Below are positions 18,301 to 25,148 of a stretch of 64,000 bases of DNA, piece after piece. The notes beneath the pieces were generated by a model. That model did not search any database. It saw only the letters and a list, made by a program, of their open reading frames with translations, and was not told the DNA's origin. The number at the start of each line of letters is the position of its first letter. Positions within the stretch are counted from its first letter, which is position 1. The translations under genes were made by a program, and so were the position numbers. The DNA lies in sequence record MW218148.1; one strand, 5' to 3'.

Positions 18301-19568
18301 ATATTGTTAACTGTTTCTTCATTTATATTATCAATATTTTCATTGATTTCTCTATCAATGATTTTATCTTCAGAAAAACTAAAATCTTCTAATTGATTCA
18401 AGTATTCTTCTTGTTTATTAGATAAAGCTAAAATTTTCTTAGTATTTCTAAGAGCTTCTTCACCTATATTAGATTTATTTTTAATATTTCTCTTTATAGA
18501 TCTGAATGATTCATTCTTATCTAATACGTCCGTGTATAAAGTCTCTGTATCAATATCAATCAATTCTTTATTGTCTTTTAATTCTTTTTCGACAGCTAAA
18601 GCTATATTATATTCATCATCCACACTCATATCAATATTGTCTAATGATCTCATATGACTAATTACTGAATCAATTTTGTTAGACATTCTTTCTAATTCTT
18701 CATCATTTTCATATTCAGTATCATCGTATTGAGCTTCTATTGGATCAATATCTTTGACATTATCAAAAGCATTTTTCTTAAATGATTGATCTTTAGCTAC
18801 TGTTTTGTCATCGTCTTCAACATTAGATACTTCATCTACATTTAATGATTGTGTATTAGAGTCAATCATTCTTCTTAATCTTTGTCTAAGTCTCATATTA
18901 AGTTTATTGTAATCTTTATAATCAAATTTAAACATGATTCCATTATCTAAAGATATGAATAATAAGTTAACATTTTGATTTTCACCATGAGGTAATTGTT
19001 CTTGTCTATTGATCATCATAAACATACTTGACATAAAGTCTTTAGTATTAGGTCTAATAGCTTCTTGTGAAGATCTATTATAACCATCTACATTTATTAC
19101 ATATAAAAGATTATTGTAATCTTCTGTATTATTGATTGTATTGAATGTAGAATTAATTGAATCTAATACTGTAGAAACATTTTTAGTCATTAATGACTTA
19201 TCTTCTAAATCAATAAACTTAGTTGAATCAACTATATAGTTTCTACCTTTAAATAATTTCTCATTTCTTTCAACTCTATACTGTTTATAAGATTTAGATT
19301 TAATTTCTTTTTGATACTCAGAAATATTAGTTAATAATCTAGTTCTTCTGTTTTTAGTTCTATACAATCTTGGAGTATAGATATTTTTAAAATTCTGATG
19401 ATATAAAATACCACTATTTAAAAAATCTGTAAAGGAATTATCTTTAAATCCTTTATAAATAACTAATTGATCTTTCTTTTTATCTTTAATTTCCTCATCA
19501 ATAGCTTTAATTTTATATCCTGATATTGAATAGAATTTAAGATTTTTTAATCTATTAAGATATTTCAA
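15312..19568 (-). CDS. rpoB: Multisubunit RNA polymerase beta subunit, unsplit (probably virion RNAP)
   Basis: RpoB motifs in order: GILGISTPDSNKVGIVRQLS (TPEG.NIGL), GMTGTQAKH (MQRQA), GTYEDSSIIS, GDKISFYGACKTVI (GDK...HG.KG), FSPLSIVSRMT (NP...SRM). About 430-aa N-terminal extension. Confidence 0.92.
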   Translation of the reverse strand: MKYLNRLKNLKFYSISGYKIKAIDEEIKDKKKDQLVIYKGFKDNSFTDFLNSGILYHQNFKNIYTPRLYRTKNRRTRLLTNISEYQKEIKSKSYKQYRVERNEKLFKGRNYIVDSTKFIDLEDKSLMTKNVSTVLDSINSTFNTINNTEDYNNLLYVINVDGYNRSSQEAIRPNTKDFMSSMFMMINRQEQLPHGENQNVNLLFISLDNGIMFKFDYKDYNKLNMRLRQRLRRMIDSNTQSLNVDEVSNVEDDDKTVAKDQSFKKNAFDNVKDIDPIEAQYDDTEYENDEELERMSNKIDSVISHMRSLDNIDMSVDDEYNIALAVEKELKDNKELIDIDTETLYTDVLDKNESFRSIKRNIKNKSNIGEEALRNTKKILALSNKQEEYLNQLEDFSFSEDKIIDREINENIDNINEETVNNIASNDFDKSYMEKTFNKDFIDIMKSFNDNEEIPVFINKMEVLDNSDSQSLKNTVKVQFKSPDGLTHNVKFDVPKVIDGKYMKLNGGKKVLTKQLMMWPIVKYRPDTVWITTNYNKFIIEKFGYKENAETEWIKKVIEDDQVIEYIESKSKLSVKKGNASLINDKYVTSVIYNSLSRNILTFKDEINTLEFNQRSLLGMISNSNSLSQIDYDQDKYFPIGYNVNKSKLILADKTESVMYECGKSNIKSMKVNIFDYLIEKLDDEVDFGVIDKKFSKNIQSNKTMAFSRVKITNKLVPTILLLGFYKGLTHILDLYEVDYKFTEENERISIHDKKNKIKFQDGYLIYSTDKLRFDLLMSGLTVLPTSQYNFSDFETETPYLEYFNDKFYSRNVGKGIKNTMDLAMDPITKEVLKDLKLPDNMVELLLLANTMLEDVSAKDHNDMGIYRVRGPEQINALLYKMMANAYKEYSDSYNNKNPRNISVKQDQLIKTIMEQPTVDEVSDLNPNLEIDKMTSVTFKGPAGRNSEQSYEPDIRSYDESMQGILGISTPDSNKVGIVRQLSYDTQIKSTRGYTDGNKKENVPDTALYTPLELLNPYTSKHADSPRIGMTGTQAKHLIATKTNDRPLVGSGVDKALAYQISDTFAFKAKEDGKVISVNEKTGLMTVEYVNGDKDVIDISEKLAKNSNGGFYQNNKLTPQFEVGNKFNKGQILAKNDDYFAGSGSKNDIQFAAGKLSKVAVASSYGTYEDSSIISNSMSEAMSTKVTMKKTVNLASNTNIQYIVKEGQNVRTGDPLMIFENSFDDVGIGSLLDKIGSEFEQEIQDISNRAVRSKYTGVIKKVNIYYNDDIENMSPTLSKLVNGYINKSKNKYKEYKDAVKGNKSTLPGLDVDIPAVEKINSEKIKGEKVDGVLIEIFTEYEDDMSIGDKISFYGACKTVIADVTPPNESPYAEYRPDEEIEAIFSPLSIVSRMTTDIYLMLFTNKALIELKRKVKEMI

Positions 19569-19666
19569 TTAATATTCCATTCCTTTCGTTAATTTATTTT
19601 ATTGACTGATATATTTATATTAATTTGATTTTTTAATATTATATATTTTAATTCAATAAATTTCTA

Positions 19667-19678
19667 TATTCTATAGTT
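19667..19678 (-). promoter_or_regulatory. Late promoter variant AACT-N6-TA
   Basis: AACT atagaa TA about 100 nt upstream of the beta gene. Confidence 0.4.
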
Positions 19679-19761
19679 TTGATTATGAATATTATGTATT
19701 TTATTAATACATTTTTATAGAATAAAAATGTGTATTATCCCCTAAAAATATAATAATTTAT

Positions 19762-19816
19762 ATTAATTATAATATTTATAAATATTATAATTAATTATTA
19801 TTATTAATTAATAATA
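19762..19816. repeat. Perfect 34-bp and 18-bp A/T palindromes in an 87-nt A/T-only tract
   Basis: 19762-19795 ATTAATTATAATATTTATAAATATTATAATTAAT is self-complementary, as is 19799-19816; no G or C from 19743 to 19829. Confidence 0.8.
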
Positions 19817-19885
19817 TAATTATTATATTCCGGGAGTTTTTTAAAATTTTATTGCATAATTGATAAAAATATAATAACTGACGGT

Positions 19886-19897
19886 AACAACTTAATA
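19886..19897 (+). promoter_or_regulatory. Late promoter AACA-N6-TA
   Basis: ggtAACA acttaa TA upstream of beta'-C. Confidence 0.7.
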
Positions 19898-19928
19898 TCA
19901 ATAAAATAATGAAAGAAGTGAAACTGAA

Positions 19929-21155
19929 TTGGCTAATATGACTTATCAAAATAAGACACTTAATGAAAAAGAGATATCAACCTTATTAAGTATAGGTAAA
20001 GATGATATTACATTAGATAAATTAAAAGAATTATTTGCATTCAGAAAAAACTCTGAACCAATGTTTAATCCTTCTGATAAATTCACATTAAAGAAAAATC
20101 TAGTGTATAATAAAAATGATGAGAAAACTACTGTTGGTAGATATATATTTAACAAATTCATTTTAGATAATAAAATTGGACCTATTATTGGATATATGAA
20201 TCGTAATATGAATGGTTCAGGTATAGGTGACTTCCAGTCAGATTTATCAAATCTGTTACTTAATGATATCATAACGACTAAAGATATGTCAGAATACATT
20301 GACAAACTTCAATGGTTAGGATTCTCTATAGCTGGATTTATTAATTCTAGTTTAACAACTACTATGATGACAGCTACGGAAAAAGTTAAACAGAAAAAAG
20401 AAGAACTATTGATTAAATATGAAAAAGCTTTAAATACTCCTGGTGAAGAATTGAATGCTATAGAAGTTATTGAGAAAGAATTAATTAAATTAAGTAAAGA
20501 AGAATTAAAAGGAATTGCTGACTTGGATATTTATGATAGTGGTTCACGTGGTTCATTCGGTAATAACTATAAATTAACAGCATTGATACGTGGAGCTAAT
20601 AAAAACTTTGCTGATCCAAGTAAAATTAGAATTGCTAAAAGTTCATTAGCTGAAGGGATTGATCCTAATGAACTATACATGTTTGGTGATATAATGACTG
20701 CAGGTTCAGCAGGACGTGCGCTTGGTACTCAAGAAGGAGGATATCAGGCTAAACAATTAATGTCGGCCTTCCAAACAACTGTTCTAGATAAAAAAGGTTC
20801 TGATTGTAGAACAAAACATCATCTTAAATTACTTTTAGATAAATCAAACGCATCATTGATGATGTATAGATATTTCAAAGATAATAACTCAAGAGCAGGT
20901 CAATTAATTTTATTAACACCTGAAAATGTGGATGATTACATGGGTAAAGTTTTAGAATTTAGAAGTCCTATGTATTGTGCTAGTGAAGATATTTGTAGTA
21001 AATGTGCAGGAGAATTACCTTACAAACTAGGTATTGAAAATATTGGTCTATTGGTTAACCAAGTAGCCCAAGCAATTGTAACAAGTTCTATGAAATCTTT
21101 CCATGATATGACTATCAAACAAAATGAAGTTGATATAGAAAGTTATATAGAATAA
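19929..21155 (+). CDS. rpoC: RNA polymerase beta' C-terminal subunit (probably virion RNAP)
   Basis: SGSRGS (SGARG), bridge helix GRALGTQEGGYQAKQL, Zn site DCRT...RSPMYC.SEDICSKCAG, trigger loop NIGLLVNQVAQAIVTSSMKSFH. The catalytic NADFDGD is absent, so beta'-N lies elsewhere. Confidence 0.9.
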   Translation: MANMTYQNKTLNEKEISTLLSIGKDDITLDKLKELFAFRKNSEPMFNPSDKFTLKKNLVYNKNDEKTTVGRYIFNKFILDNKIGPIIGYMNRNMNGSGIGDFQSDLSNLLLNDIITTKDMSEYIDKLQWLGFSIAGFINSSLTTTMMTATEKVKQKKEELLIKYEKALNTPGEELNAIEVIEKELIKLSKEELKGIADLDIYDSGSRGSFGNNYKLTALIRGANKNFADPSKIRIAKSSLAEGIDPNELYMFGDIMTAGSAGRALGTQEGGYQAKQLMSAFQTTVLDKKGSDCRTKHHLKLLLDKSNASLMMYRYFKDNNSRAGQLILLTPENVDDYMGKVLEFRSPMYCASEDICSKCAGELPYKLGIENIGLLVNQVAQAIVTSSMKSFHDMTIKQNEVDIESYIE

Positions 21156-21159
21156 CATA

Positions 21160-21199
21160 AATTTAGTGACATTAATTTGTCACTAAATTATTTTTTTTT
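21160..21199 (+). terminator. Terminator, ATTAATTT-loop family
   Basis: AATTTAGTGAC-ATTAATTT-GTCACTAAATT followed by a T run. Confidence 0.8.
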
Positions 21200-21316
21200 T
21201 AATTTATATAAATAACTAATAAATATAGAAATTTAAATTTCTATATTAGGTATTATATTGGCATATCATTACCTTTTAAGGCGCTTGTTTATGATAAAAT
21301 TAGACAAGTGTTATTT

Positions 21317-21394
21317 GTTTCCATAGCTTAATTTGGTAGAGCAAACCTTTTGAATAAGGTTATAGGTGTGAGTTCAATTCTCACTGGGAACACC
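21317..21394 (+). tRNA. Atypical tRNA (8-nt anticodon loop, identity uncertain, 3' end ACCG)
   Basis: Acceptor GTTTCCA/TGGGAAC; D arm GCTT-AATTTGGTA-GAGC; anticodon stem AACCT/AGGTT with loop TTTGAATA; T arm GTGAG-TTCAATT-CTCAC. Confidence 0.75.
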
Positions 21395-21395
21395 G

Positions 21396-21880
21396 AAAAG
21401 GATTAATCATCCTAATATTGAAGCTGCAGATTCAGTATAAATAAAAACATAATATACGTTGTATGCCACACGCATATTATTAGATTCAACTAGTGTAAAG
21501 GCATATCGCTAGTTGTAAAACAATAAGTCAGACGTTATGATCTGTCATATCATAACGTAATCCAGACTTAGTTAACTCTCTTGCGTAATTAACTAGGTCA
21601 CATCTAATAGAATTAATAAAGTAGGACTCATCTACGATAAAGTTATGAGTATCTGAGCTTTATTAATTCTCAAGAAGGTTTTCTAGTTTAAGTTCCTATA
21701 TCAATTGAGATAAAGAAAACTAGAATATAAAATTTTGTAGTTTTACATTCTTTGTACTCCAATAATTTTGAAAACAAAGAATGACCAATACAATGCTTTA
21801 TTTCTTTTTAGCTCACAACTTAAAAGAAAAACTAGGTGGACCATTTTATGCTTTATTGGTCGGCAAATAATTATTAAAGC
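21396..21880 (+). ncRNA. Candidate large structured non-coding RNA
   Basis: No ORF of 60 aa or more; about ten consecutive helices, several of 9-13 bp; loop-loop complementarity TATGCC/GGCATA; bounded by the tRNA and a terminator. Strand inferred from the tRNA and terminator. Confidence 0.65.
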
Positions 21881-21884
21881 AATC

Positions 21885-21926
21885 TCCCCTAACCTCATTA
21901 ATTTGTAGGTTAGGGGAATTTTTTTT
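21885..21926 (+). terminator. Terminator, ATTAATTT-loop family
   Basis: CCCCTAACCT.ATTAATTTG.AGGTTAGGGG followed by a T run. Confidence 0.75.
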
Positions 21927-21938
21927 ATACATACTTTT

Positions 21939-21984
21939 AAATATATATTATAAAAATGAGATATTGAATAATAATTTAATATCT
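21939..21984 (+). promoter_or_regulatory. Early promoter motif + adjacent hairpin
   Basis: AAATATATATTATAAAAATGA (21939-21959) then an 11-bp stem, 21959-21969/21974-21984. Confidence 0.7.
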
Positions 21985-22015
21985 GATAATTTTATAATAT
22001 GGAGATGAAGATGAT

Positions 22016-24232
22016 ATGATTGGATCAAAATTAAAAAGTCAACTAAATAAGAAGTTTAGAGAACTAGAAAGAAGTCAATATTCTGTTTATGAAGTTGATG
22101 AAAACAAAGACTATGATCTTAATAAAGGTAAAATAAAAGTAAAGGATATTGATAAAAATATTACAGTAGAAACCAAAGTCCATTATCTTAAGTATAGAAA
22201 AGACTTAAAATGGTTAGATGGAATGTTTATTAAAGCTGAAAGTGAGAAAGAAGTTAACAAGGAAGATAAAAAGGAAGAAGATAAAAAGGAAGAAGATAAA
22301 AAGGAAGATGATAAAACAGAAATTAAAATAAAAGAAAGTCCTGAAATTGAAAATGAGAAAAATGATTTACTGACTAGTACTAGTAAGTTGAAAAGTAAAA
22401 TTAAAGAAGTTAAAAATTCTCCTGAATTTATTAGAAATACATTTTATCAAACTCTCTCAGACAAAAAGTACGGTAAAAATAGATATATCATGGATAATTT
22501 CAATCCGGGTAACGTTAATAAATCTAATGATATACATTGTAATATTCATGGTAAATTTAAAAGATCCCCTAAAGAATTCTTTAATCATGGAAAAGAATGT
22601 CCTAAATGTATGAATAGCGAAAAGATGGTAAAAGATATAGTGGAATTAAATATGTCTTCTAAAAGAGATGACTTATTTAAAGAGATAATTGATATTAACA
22701 GTGGGATGAAAATTGAAGATAGACTTACAGTACTTACTACCAAAGAACTTTTTGATGATACTTTCATATGCCAAATATACGAAAGTTGGGCTAAAAAATT
22801 ATACGATAGAGAATATGATATGTCTAAATTTAAACCGGAATACATGGTTCATCCTCAGATTATAATTTATGAAGGTAAAGAATATAAAACCACTTTAGAC
22901 TCATTCTTTAAAAAGAGAATTGACATCATACAAGACGAGGAAAAACCTGAAGAGAAAGTAAAAGAAAAACAAGTTAAGAAAAAATATAATGCAGAAGAAG
23001 AAAATAAAAAATTATTAGCGGATGTATTTAATCAGCCTGAAATTAAAATTAGTAAAGAACCTGAAAAGATTGGTAGAAAATCTTCTCAAGCTGAAAGATT
23101 TGAAAGAAATATAAGTCCACTTCCTGAACCTAAAAAGGTTGAGAAGAAAGAAGAAGATAAATATGATATTCAATATTTAATAAATACTTCTGATATGAAC
23201 TTAAATTCGAAAATACATGAAATTAATAAACGTAAGTATTCTGATGCAGAAAGATTAAGATTCTATAATGGAACTACAATTCTCAAACATGGTAGAAATA
23301 AATATATAATGGATAAATTCAAACCTAATACTATTAAACATGAGCAAGAAATAGTTTGTAAAATTCATGGTACATTCAAAATGACTCCTGGTGATTTCCT
23401 ACTTGATGGGAAACAGTGTCCTAAGTGTTCTCAAGGTAAAACTTCTATGACAGAAAACTTTGTAAAAGAATACATTAGAGATATGGGAATTGAAGTTAAT
23501 ACTTATGAAGATAGAGAAATTATTAAACCATATGGAATTGATATCATTATAGAGGATTTAAAACTAGCTATAGAAGTTAATGGAATTAAATATCATTCTT
23601 CAGAAACAAGATCTGATAGCTCAAATAAATATCATCAATTAAGAAAATTAAAAATGTTAGCTGACAAGGGTTATTCTTTAATTAGTATTTATGATGATGA
23701 AATTCCTAATGATAATAAAAATATTGGATGGGATAAATTTTCTAAGTTCCTAACTGAAATTATGCTATTTAATGAAGATTTTGTTATAGATGATTTTAAT
23801 GCACGTAGTATGCAAATAAGAGGTATTAGTTATTATAAATTTAGAGAATTCTTTGAAAATTCTAGACAACAATTTGATTCTGTAGACTTTGAATATAAAG
23901 GAGTATTCTACAAAGAGAAATTAGTATCTGTATTTTCGTATAATAAAGACACTCTTGAATGTCATAACTATCATACCGTAATGAATAATAAATATGATTT
24001 GGAGTTGATTGGAAGAACTTATAAAGATTTAAAATTTATTGTTAAACGTGATTCATACAATTCATACAAGTTAAAAGACTATGGTATGCTTTCTGTAGCT
24101 GAAACAGAACCTGAATTCTGTAATTTCACAAAAACAAAGGATTTTAAAACTAGTTACTTTAGAACTAAGAATAAAGATGTTAATAATAAAAATAAAATAT
24201 ATGACTGTGGTAAAGTAGTCTATATATTCTAA
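22016..24232 (+). CDS. Free-standing homing-endonuclease-like protein (Hef/Vsr-type PD-(D/E)XK)
   Basis: Two C.IHG.F...P..F...G..CPKC Zn repeats; ENFVKEYI...PYGIDIIIEDLKLAIEVNGIKYHS nuclease core; degenerate GNAT-like C-terminus; EDKKE repeats at 22259-22317. Confidence 0.7.
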   Translation: MIGSKLKSQLNKKFRELERSQYSVYEVDENKDYDLNKGKIKVKDIDKNITVETKVHYLKYRKDLKWLDGMFIKAESEKEVNKEDKKEEDKKEEDKKEDDKTEIKIKESPEIENEKNDLLTSTSKLKSKIKEVKNSPEFIRNTFYQTLSDKKYGKNRYIMDNFNPGNVNKSNDIHCNIHGKFKRSPKEFFNHGKECPKCMNSEKMVKDIVELNMSSKRDDLFKEIIDINSGMKIEDRLTVLTTKELFDDTFICQIYESWAKKLYDREYDMSKFKPEYMVHPQIIIYEGKEYKTTLDSFFKKRIDIIQDEEKPEEKVKEKQVKKKYNAEEENKKLLADVFNQPEIKISKEPEKIGRKSSQAERFERNISPLPEPKKVEKKEEDKYDIQYLINTSDMNLNSKIHEINKRKYSDAERLRFYNGTTILKHGRNKYIMDKFKPNTIKHEQEIVCKIHGTFKMTPGDFLLDGKQCPKCSQGKTSMTENFVKEYIRDMGIEVNTYEDREIIKPYGIDIIIEDLKLAIEVNGIKYHSSETRSDSSNKYHQLRKLKMLADKGYSLISIYDDEIPNDNKNIGWDKFSKFLTEIMLFNEDFVIDDFNARSMQIRGISYYKFREFFENSRQQFDSVDFEYKGVFYKEKLVSVFSYNKDTLECHNYHTVMNNKYDLELIGRTYKDLKFIVKRDSYNSYKLKDYGMLSVAETEPEFCNFTKTKDFKTSYFRTKNKDVNNKNKIYDCGKVVYIF

Positions 24233-24237
24233 AATAT

Positions 24238-24272
24238 ATCCCCTAATACTATTAATTTAGTATTAGGGGATT
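24238..24272. terminator. Bidirectional terminator, ATTAATTT-loop family
   Basis: CCCCTAATACT-ATTAATTT-AGTATTAGGGG; identical 34-mer at 52885. Confidence 0.8.
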
Positions 24273-24287
24273 TTATATTATTTTTTT

Positions 24288-24971
24288 TTATTGAATAATC
24301 TTATTTGGTTTAACTTCATTTTTCATCTTGATTTCAGTCTTAACTTTATCAAGAACTTCTGATTCATATAATGAAGGATCTTCTTCATATTTCTTAGTCA
24401 TCTTCTTAACAGCTTCTATTTTATTTTCTAAAGGAGCTTCCAATTCAACTTCACTAAAAAGATCTTCAAAATTACCGAAAACAAATTCTTCATTCAGAGG
24501 TATGAATAAATCACCATTATGTGCTAATTCATGAGCAGTATAAGATAATGGCACTATACCTATTTTACCTTCAAAATGCATTTTAATGACATCTTCAGCC
24601 ACAGTAAAACTCTCATAAGACTTTTTATACTCATAATTAGTCTTAAGTTTTTCTCTATAGCTAGATACTATATCATATAAAGATAATGGGTAGTGGTGCA
24701 TTTCTATAGTTAAACGCTTATCGTCATTTATATCAACTTCTGGAATAAACTTACATTTAGTAAGATCCATTTCAGTTTTCAAAGCTTTAATAAATGATTT
24801 GTATTCATATGAGCTTCTAACTATTTTTTCAATATATTTATTAAATGTCTCTTCAGACTTTATTTCATCTTCACTATTATACATTTCGAATTTCTTTGTT
24901 TCATCTACATTTAACTCTATAGTTTCGACTAATTTTGGAAGGTCTTTTTTATCTACTTTTGGCATTTGCAT
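24288..24971 (-). CDS. Conserved jumbo-phage protein with HNH-like motif
   Basis: KCKF...TIEMHHYPLSLYDIV...VPLSYTAHELAHNG; late promoter upstream. Confidence 0.45.
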   Translation of the reverse strand: MQMPKVDKKDLPKLVETIELNVDETKKFEMYNSEDEIKSEETFNKYIEKIVRSSYEYKSFIKALKTEMDLTKCKFIPEVDINDDKRLTIEMHHYPLSLYDIVSSYREKLKTNYEYKKSYESFTVAEDVIKMHFEGKIGIVPLSYTAHELAHNGDLFIPLNEEFVFGNFEDLFSEVELEAPLENKIEAVKKMTKKYEEDPSLYESEVLDKVKTEIKMKNEVKPNKIIQ

Positions 24972-25016
24972 AGATTTAATTACCTTCTTTCTAATTTTCT
25001 TTTATTTATATTAATA

Positions 25017-25028
25017 TAAATAATTGTT
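25017..25028 (-). promoter_or_regulatory. Late promoter AACA-N6-TA
   Basis: AACA attatt TA upstream of 24971. Confidence 0.6.
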
Positions 25029-25070
25029 ATGAATTATTTATATGAACCTATGCGTTTCATGAAATTTTTT

Positions 25071-25117
25071 AAATATATATTATAAAAATGAAGTGTTACT
25101 TAGCTAATAACATTTCA
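25071..25117 (+). promoter_or_regulatory. Early promoter motif + adjacent hairpin
   Basis: AAATATATATTATAAAAATGA (25071-25091) then a 10-bp stem, 25089-25098/25108-25117. Confidence 0.7.
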
Positions 25118-25148
25118 CAAAAATTTAAAAATGGAGAGTGAATAGGAT

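Noticed and set aside
15312-21155. Self-splicing introns or inteins in the RNAP genes, as in AR9
   Set aside because: Both ORFs are continuous with motifs in the expected order; no intein C...HN signature seen.
21154-21165. AACA-N6-TA at the end of beta'-C as the promoter of the RNA locus
   Set aside because: It overlaps the terminator stem and chance matches are expected about once per kb, so it was not listed as a feature.
21396-21880. RNase P, tmRNA, SRP or group I intron identity for the structured RNA
   Set aside because: No GGAAAGUCC, no tRNA-like ends with a tag ORF, no P7-type conserved elements; assessed by eye only.
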